Assembly (NCBI GenBank): GCA_040384525.1
Contig: JAZKJE010000005.1
Coordinates: 134,541-198,540 of the forward strand
Length of the DNA: 64,000 bases
Reading direction: 5' to 3'
Origin: Pseudomonadota bacterium
GTDB taxonomy: Bacteria > Pseudomonadota > Alphaproteobacteria > Sphingomonadales > Sphingomonadaceae
Both the position numbers and the translations under genes were made by a program. The number at the start of each line of letters is the position of its first letter. Position 1 is the first letter of the stretch. The notes under the pieces were generated by a model, which ran no database searches, was not told where the DNA came from, and was given only the letters and a program-made list of their open reading frames with translations. This document shows, piece after piece, positions 59,231 to 64,000 of this stretch.

Positions 59231-59257
59231 TAAGCGGCAGAAGCGGTGCGAGTTTTA
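59231..59257 (-). promoter_or_regulatory. possible sigma-28 (FliA) promoter for fliD-fliS
   Basis: The minus strand reads TAAA-N15-GCCGCTTA, versus the consensus TAAA-N15-GCCGATAA (6 of 8 in the -10 element). It overlaps the flhB stop codon and lies 19 nt upstream of the fliD ATG. Confidence 0.35.
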
Positions 59258-60391
59258 GGTCGCACTCGCCATTTTCTGCCCATGTTCGTCGAAGAGCGCA
59301 GTCTCGGGCACATTGACTGCGGGCAGGCCGCCATTTGCCTGTTTGTTGACGCCAAAAACGAAGGCCAGAACGATCGCGATCGCCTGATACAGATCGTCGC
59401 GAACTTCCTGTCCCTCCCGACTGGTGAAGTAGACGGCGCGGGCAAGGCTTGGATATTCGAGGATCGGCACCTGCATCTCGGCGGCGAGTTCGCGGATGGC
59501 CAAAGCGGTCTGGCCGCGGCCTTTGGCGACGACCACAGGCACCTGATCCTTGCCCGAATCGTAGCGCAGGGCGACCGAGAAGTGGGTCGGGTTGGTAAGC
59601 ACGACATGCGCGGTGCCGACCGATTGGCGGAAGCCGCCCTTCAATATCTCGCGCTGGCGCTGTTTCTGGGCGCCCTTCAACTCCGGCGAGCCTTCGGTTT
59701 CCTTATGCTCTTCCTTCACTTCCTGCTTGCTCATGCGCAGCTGGCGGAAGTGGCGGATCATCTGGATCGGCAGATCTACGCCGGCGATCACCAGCAGCCC
59801 CGCCGCCATGACGAACATCAAAGTGATGAACTGGCTACCCAGCGTGCCGACGGCGCCCTGAATATCCAGCGCGATCAGCCCCAGCGAGCTGGTGGTCAGC
59901 GACCACAGCATCCATCCGCCCATGCTGCCGAGCAACACCACCTTGAGCAGAGACTTGCCCAACTCGATCCAGCCGGTCGGGCCGAAAATGCGCTTAAGCC
60001 CCGCGCCCGGATCGAGCCGCGAAGCCTTGGGCATCAGCAATTTGTTGTTCCAGCCGAACGAGCCAAGCGTCGCCTGGCTGAGGATCGCGCCGATCGTGGC
60101 AATCGCCAACAGGCTGCCGATCGGGAACACCAATTGCCATCCCGCTGCTTCAAGCGGGCGCCAGGGCTCGAAATGCTCGATATCGCCGTGATCGAACCGG
60201 AAGCTCGCAGTCATGATGCCTTTGCACGCGCTCATCAGCCCGCCCCCAAAGAACGCCATCCACGCGCAGCCGAGCAGGATCACCAAAGCGGTGCCGAAAT
60301 CCTTGGACTTTAGTAATTGGCCTTCCTCTACCGCTTTGCGCTTGCGCTTCGGTGTTGGGGCTTCTGTCTTTTCGCCAGGGCTTTCCGACAT
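59255..60391 (-). CDS. flhB: flagellar type III secretion protein FlhB
   Basis: MSESPGEKTEAPTPKRKRKAVEEGQLLKSKD, with the autocleavage site NPTH in VVLTNPTHFSVALRY. Confidence 0.93.
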   Translation of the reverse strand: MSESPGEKTEAPTPKRKRKAVEEGQLLKSKDFGTALVILLGCAWMAFFGGGLMSACKGIMTASFRFDHGDIEHFEPWRPLEAAGWQLVFPIGSLLAIATIGAILSQATLGSFGWNNKLLMPKASRLDPGAGLKRIFGPTGWIELGKSLLKVVLLGSMGGWMLWSLTTSSLGLIALDIQGAVGTLGSQFITLMFVMAAGLLVIAGVDLPIQMIRHFRQLRMSKQEVKEEHKETEGSPELKGAQKQRQREILKGGFRQSVGTAHVVLTNPTHFSVALRYDSGKDQVPVVVAKGRGQTALAIRELAAEMQVPILEYPSLARAVYFTSREGQEVRDDLYQAIAIVLAFVFGVNKQANGGLPAVNVPETALFDEHGQKMASAT

Positions 60392-61161
60392 CAGCCGAAC
60401 ACCAGTCCGGGCGCGGTATCGAGGGCCGTGCGAATGATAACGAGCAGGTAATCGCCCATCGCCGGAAGCGCGAGCAGGATGGCGACGACGCCAACCGCAA
60501 GGCTGGCGGGCAGGCCGACTGCGAACAGATTAAGCGCGGGCGCGGCGCGGCTGAGCATGCCGACCACAATGTTGAGGCATAGCAACAGGAAGCCGACCGG
60601 AAGCGCAAGCAAGAGGCCCGCAAGGAATGCGTATCCGCCGAACATCGCGATGCCCAGCAACCGCTCAGGCGCAAGCCATTGGCCGGGTGGCATCGCGACA
60701 TAGCTGCGCACGATCAGATCGACGAGCACCAGATGGCCATCGACAGCGAGGAACAGCAAAGTCAGCAGCAGCGAGAGGAACTGGCCGAGCGCGGGGGTCG
60801 AGGTCCCGCTATTGGGATCGACTGCGTTGGCGAAACCGATCCCCATCGACATGCCGATCACTTCGCTGGCGATCATCGGCGCGGAAAACGCGATCTGCAG
60901 GATGAAGCCGATGGCGAGGCCGATCAACGCTTCGGACGCGATCGTAAGGAAGGTGGAAAGCGCGAAAATTTCTGCGGGCGGCGTGATCGTCGTGGTGCTG
61001 AGCACCAGCACGCCGATTGCGCCAGTCAGCGCGATGCGCGCGGGCAATGGCACCGATACGGCGCTGAAGACCGGGGCCGCGACAAAGGCCGCCCCCACTC
61101 GCACCATCGCGAACAAGAGCGCCCAGAGCTGCGGCTCGATCGAGAGACCGAAGCCCATCAT
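60391..61161 (-). CDS. fliR: flagellar biosynthetic protein FliR
   Basis: 256 aa polytopic protein. FAMVRVGAAFVAAPVFS is typical. It sits between fliQ and flhB. Confidence 0.9.
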   Translation of the reverse strand: MMGFGLSIEPQLWALLFAMVRVGAAFVAAPVFSAVSVPLPARIALTGAIGVLVLSTTTITPPAEIFALSTFLTIASEALIGLAIGFILQIAFSAPMIASEVIGMSMGIGFANAVDPNSGTSTPALGQFLSLLLTLLFLAVDGHLVLVDLIVRSYVAMPPGQWLAPERLLGIAMFGGYAFLAGLLLALPVGFLLLCLNIVVGMLSRAAPALNLFAVGLPASLAVGVVAILLALPAMGDYLLVIIRTALDTAPGLVFG

Positions 61162-61165
61162 TGGA

Positions 61166-61435
61166 TTACTTCACCAGATCCGGAATGCGTTCGAAAATGC
61201 TGGTCGTGAAATCGCCTAGCAGGCCGAGGATCATGCTGCCAAAGATCACGATGCTGACGGCAACGACGATCAATTTGGGCACGAAGGTAAGCGTCTGCTC
61301 CTGGATCGACGTTGCCGCCTGGACCATGCCGAGGATCAGGCCCGACAGCAAAGCCGGGATCAGGATCGGTGCCGAAGCCAAAGCGAGAACCCAGATGGCC
61401 TCCCGCGCGACGGTCATGAAATAATCAGCGTCCAT
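61166..61435 (-). CDS. fliQ: flagellar biosynthetic protein FliQ
   Basis: ATG at 61435 (MDADYFMTVAREAIWVLALASAPILIPALLSGLILGMVQAATSIQEQTLTFVPK). 89 aa. Confidence 0.9.
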   Translation of the reverse strand: MDADYFMTVAREAIWVLALASAPILIPALLSGLILGMVQAATSIQEQTLTFVPKLIVVAVSIVIFGSMILGLLGDFTTSIFERIPDLVK

Positions 61436-61442
61436 TTGCCGG

Positions 61443-62267
61443 CTAACTCGCGAAACTGGTGGCAAGGGAACCCATGGTCAGCGCCCACCCGTCCACCAGG
61501 ACGAAGAGCAGCAGCTTGAAGGGCAGGGATATGATCGTCGGCGACATCATCATCATGCCGAGCGACATGAGGACGGTGGCCACGACAAGATCGATGACGA
61601 TGAAGGGCAGGAAGATCAGGAAGCCGATCTGGAATGCCGTCTTCAATTCGCTGGTGATGAAAGCGGGCAGCAGAACCGAGAACGGTACGTCGTTCGGCGA
61701 AGCGAAAGCAGGTGCCTTCGCCATGTCCGCGAACATCTTCACATCCTTGTTGCGGGTCTGCTTGATCATGAAGCTGTGCAGCGCATCGCCCGCAGTCGAG
61801 ATCATCTGCGTCGCGTTGATCTGGCCGGCGGCATAAGGCTGGATGGCGGTGGTGTTCATCTGGTTGATCGTCGGCGCCATCACGAAAAAGCTGAGGAACA
61901 GCGAGAGCCCGATCAGGACCTGGTTCGGCGGGGTCTGCTGGAGACCGAGCGCCTGACGCAGCAGCGACAGCACGATGATGATCCGCGTGAAGCTGGTCAT
62001 CATCAGCAGGATGCCGGGGAGCACCGTGAGGAGCCCCATGATGATCAGAACCTGGAGCGACAGGCTCAACGGGGCGTCACCGCCGCCAAGCTGACCCAAA
62101 GCGCGATCGATCGCTTCGCCGGTGCCCGGAGGGGCAGCCGGTGGCGTAACGGGAGCAACGCCTTGCGCGAACGCCGGGAAGGCGAACAGCACGAAGAAGG
62201 CGAGGATGCCGATAAAGAGGGCCGCGCGACCGCCTACGGTGCGCGGAGCAGATACGAGCGCGCGCAT
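61443..62267 (-). CDS. fliP: flagellar type III secretion protein FliP
   Basis: LLTVLPGILLMMTSFTRIIIVLSLLRQALG and FLPFIVIDLVVATVLMSLGMMM are FliP signatures. Confidence 0.94.
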   Translation of the reverse strand: MRALVSAPRTVGGRAALFIGILAFFVLFAFPAFAQGVAPVTPPAAPPGTGEAIDRALGQLGGGDAPLSLSLQVLIIMGLLTVLPGILLMMTSFTRIIIVLSLLRQALGLQQTPPNQVLIGLSLFLSFFVMAPTINQMNTTAIQPYAAGQINATQMISTAGDALHSFMIKQTRNKDVKMFADMAKAPAFASPNDVPFSVLLPAFITSELKTAFQIGFLIFLPFIVIDLVVATVLMSLGMMMMSPTIISLPFKLLLFVLVDGWALTMGSLATSFAS

Positions 62268-62521
62268 CAGGCGATCTTCTTGTCCACGAGCGTGACGCCG
62301 GTGCGGCTGACCGAGCAGAGCAGTTTCTGCCCTTCGAACTCGATCACAGCGAGACGCAGGCCGGGGGCCAGCATCATCGTCTCGGTAACCTGCACCATGC
62401 GCGTGCCCTGATTCTTGGGCAGCCGCGCCTCAAGCTTGCGCCAGGCATAGAGGCAGCCGATCAGCAGCCCACAAACCAGCGGGAGCAGGATGACCAGCTT
62501 GAGGATGTACGACCACATCAT
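62267..62521 (-). CDS. fliO: flagellar biosynthetic protein FliO
   Basis: 84 aa with a single transmembrane helix (ILKLVILLPLVCGLLIGCLYAW). It sits between fliN and fliP. The call rests mainly on position and topology. Confidence 0.6.
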   Translation of the reverse strand: MMWSYILKLVILLPLVCGLLIGCLYAWRKLEARLPKNQGTRMVQVTETMMLAPGLRLAVIEFEGQKLLCSVSRTGVTLVDKKIA

Positions 62522-62522
62522 G

Positions 62523-62819
62523 TTACTTGGCCGCGCGCTTTTCGGGTGAAACCAATTCGGTCATCCGCACGCCGAACTTCTCGCCGACGGTGACCACTTC
62601 GCCGCGGCCGATCAGCGTTCCGTTGACGAACACGTCGAGCAATTCATTGGCTTCGCGGTCGAGCTCGATCACGCTGGTCTCGCCCAGTGCGAGCAGTTCG
62701 CGCAGGGTAAGCTGGGTCGATCCGATTTCCACGGTCAGCTTGACGTCCACGTCCTGCAGCAGGTGAAAATTGGTCGTCACCGCTGCTTCGACGGGAAAGC
62801 TCCCGGTCATGTCGTTCAT
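62523..62819 (-). CDS. fliN: flagellar motor switch protein FliN
   Basis: The SpoA domain reads LTVEIGSTQLTLRELLALGETSVIELDREANELLDVFVNGTLIGRGEVV. Confidence 0.9.
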   Translation of the reverse strand: MNDMTGSFPVEAAVTTNFHLLQDVDVKLTVEIGSTQLTLRELLALGETSVIELDREANELLDVFVNGTLIGRGEVVTVGEKFGVRMTELVSPEKRAAK

Positions 62820-63763
62820 CGGAAATCCTCTGGATTGATCGGTTCAAGCGAAGAAAGGCGGACCGCGGCGCGGCCATTGGAAGTGCCGACCTGGCCGGTG
62901 CCAAGGCGGCGATGCGCCACCATCACCGGCACTTCGGTCCCAAACTCGACGGGAATGATGTCGCCGGCCTTCAGGTCCATCAGGCGGGCGAGCGAAATGT
63001 TCGGCTCGCACAGCACCGAGCGGACCGGCAGCGAGATGGCCATCACGGCCCGCGTCAGGCCGGAGCGCCATTCGGGCTCGACCTCTTCGGGCTTGTCATG
63101 AACCTTGACCATCAAAGACGCGGTGTGCGGCTTGAGCGCCGAGACCGGGTAAAGGATGTCGATGAAGCTCGGCTTCTTCTCGCCCTCGGCTACGCCAAAG
63201 CGGGTGACGACGACGGGATCGTCGCCGTTCATCTCGGCGGGCATTGCGATATTGGCGCTGCCCTCGGCACGGAATGCGATGCGCGCCAGCGGCTCCCAGG
63301 CATTGTCGAGCGGGGCGACCAGCGAATTGACGATGCGCGCAACCAAAGCATCGCCCGCAGGCGTGAATTCGGTGGGCATCGGATTGGGTGCTTCGCCGTC
63401 GCCGCCGAAAAAGGCGTCGAGCATTTCGAGCACTTGCTTGCCATCGAACACGATCTGCGCGCGCTGGCGGGCGCCGCCCATTACGAGCGGCGCCCATGCC
63501 GACAGAGCGCCCCCGCGCTCCGTCTTGTAATCCGCATAACGCTGCACGACGATCGGCTCGGCCCAGGCCCGCAGATCCTTGCGCGTCACGTCTTCAAAGA
63601 TTGGCTTCAGGCCCTTCGCCAGCCGGGCACTAAGGTGCTGTAGCGTGACGAGGTCACCGAACGGGTTCGGGTTTGCGCTGCCCAAAGCCGGCGCGTGCTC
63701 CGCGCTGACTCTGGGGCGCTCCCGCCGATCGGCGGCCGCAATCTCTGAAGGTTCGTTAACCAT
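62816..63763 (-). CDS. fliM: flagellar motor switch protein FliM
   Basis: 315 aa. The middle domain is followed by a C-terminal SpoA-like domain (LMDLKAGDIIPVEF...VAHRRLGTGQVGTSNGRAAVRL). It lies between fliL and fliN. Confidence 0.88.
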   Translation of the reverse strand: MVNEPSEIAAADRRERPRVSAEHAPALGSANPNPFGDLVTLQHLSARLAKGLKPIFEDVTRKDLRAWAEPIVVQRYADYKTERGGALSAWAPLVMGGARQRAQIVFDGKQVLEMLDAFFGGDGEAPNPMPTEFTPAGDALVARIVNSLVAPLDNAWEPLARIAFRAEGSANIAMPAEMNGDDPVVVTRFGVAEGEKKPSFIDILYPVSALKPHTASLMVKVHDKPEEVEPEWRSGLTRAVMAISLPVRSVLCEPNISLARLMDLKAGDIIPVEFGTEVPVMVAHRRLGTGQVGTSNGRAAVRLSSLEPINPEDFR

Positions 63764-63766
63764 GTC

Positions 63767-64000
63767 TCACTGAACAATGAAATTGGTAAAGTAAACGTTA
63801 CCGACGCCTCCAAATCCTGACTTTTCCTTCAGAACCGCATTGATCGATTTGACCAATCGCTCCTGCATTCCCTTCTTGCCGGGCGCGGTGAAAACCTCGT
63901 CCTCAGTGGTCTCGCCAAGCGCCAGCAACACTGCCGAGCGAATCGCGATCTCATGGGTTTTGATGTTCTCGATGACCTTGTCGTCATACGGCGTAGAGAC
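63767..64000 (-). CDS. fliL: flagellar basal body-associated protein FliL, C-terminal part (5' end outside window)
   Basis: My own translation of the minus strand gives ...IRSAVLLALGETTEDEVFTAPGKKGMQERLVKSINAVLKEKSGFGGVGNVYFTNFIVQ*, a typical FliL C-terminus. The stop TGA is at 63767-63769. Confidence 0.75.
   Translation of the reverse strand, partial: VSTPYDDKVIENIKTHEIAIRSAVLLALGETTEDEVFTAPGKKGMQERLVKSINAVLKEKSGFGGVGNVYFTNFIVQ

Overview
High-GC, very gene-dense chromosomal segment of an alphaproteobacterium. It is probably a member of the Sphingomonadales, inferred from the class I LysRS, a stand-alone crtZ, DUF1491/DUF1489 genes, an alpha-type SOS box and gene order. I call about 66 protein-coding genes, one gene remnant, one tRNA-Gln(CUG), and a few intrinsic terminators and candidate regulatory sites. 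Content is mostly housekeeping: coaE-dnaQ, hpf-ptsN, sucC, etfBA, lysK-nhaA, ihfA, fabH-plsX-rpmF, mgtE, msrA/msrB, pabB-pabC, prs, gltD/gltB, uppP, rpoZ, rlmE-ppx and argH-lysA. The right-hand 7 kb is a flagellar block on the minus strand: fliL-fliM-fliN-fliO-fliP-fliQ-fliR-flhB, then fliD-fliS and an atypical response regulator. I see no CRISPR array, transposase, integrase or recognisable defence island. The long ORFs antisense to real genes are GC3 shadow ORFs. The observations most worth follow-up are listed here. (1) Two paralogous, secreted, Met-rich proteins sit between gltD and gltB, and all three gene junctions overlap by 4 nt. (2) The largest non-coding gap (31863-32287) is lower in GC and holds an orphan, near-perfect intrinsic terminator preceded by a C/U-rich single-stranded stretch, a candidate sRNA. 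(3) Immediately downstream is an archaeal/eukaryotic-type Cdc48/VAT double-ring AAA+ unfoldase with no C-terminal HbYX motif and no partner genes, preceded by a near-consensus EcfG-type promoter geometry. (4) A perfect alphaproteobacterial SOS box lies in front of mmcB, followed by a 12-bp hairpin that contains the annotated start codon. (5) A histone-deacetylase-family gene has been reduced to its two ends. (6) An exported MsrA has a single cysteine. (7) A receiver protein next to the flagellar genes carries Arg in place of the conserved Lys. All functional calls rest on my own recognition of motifs in the supplied translations. No database search was run.
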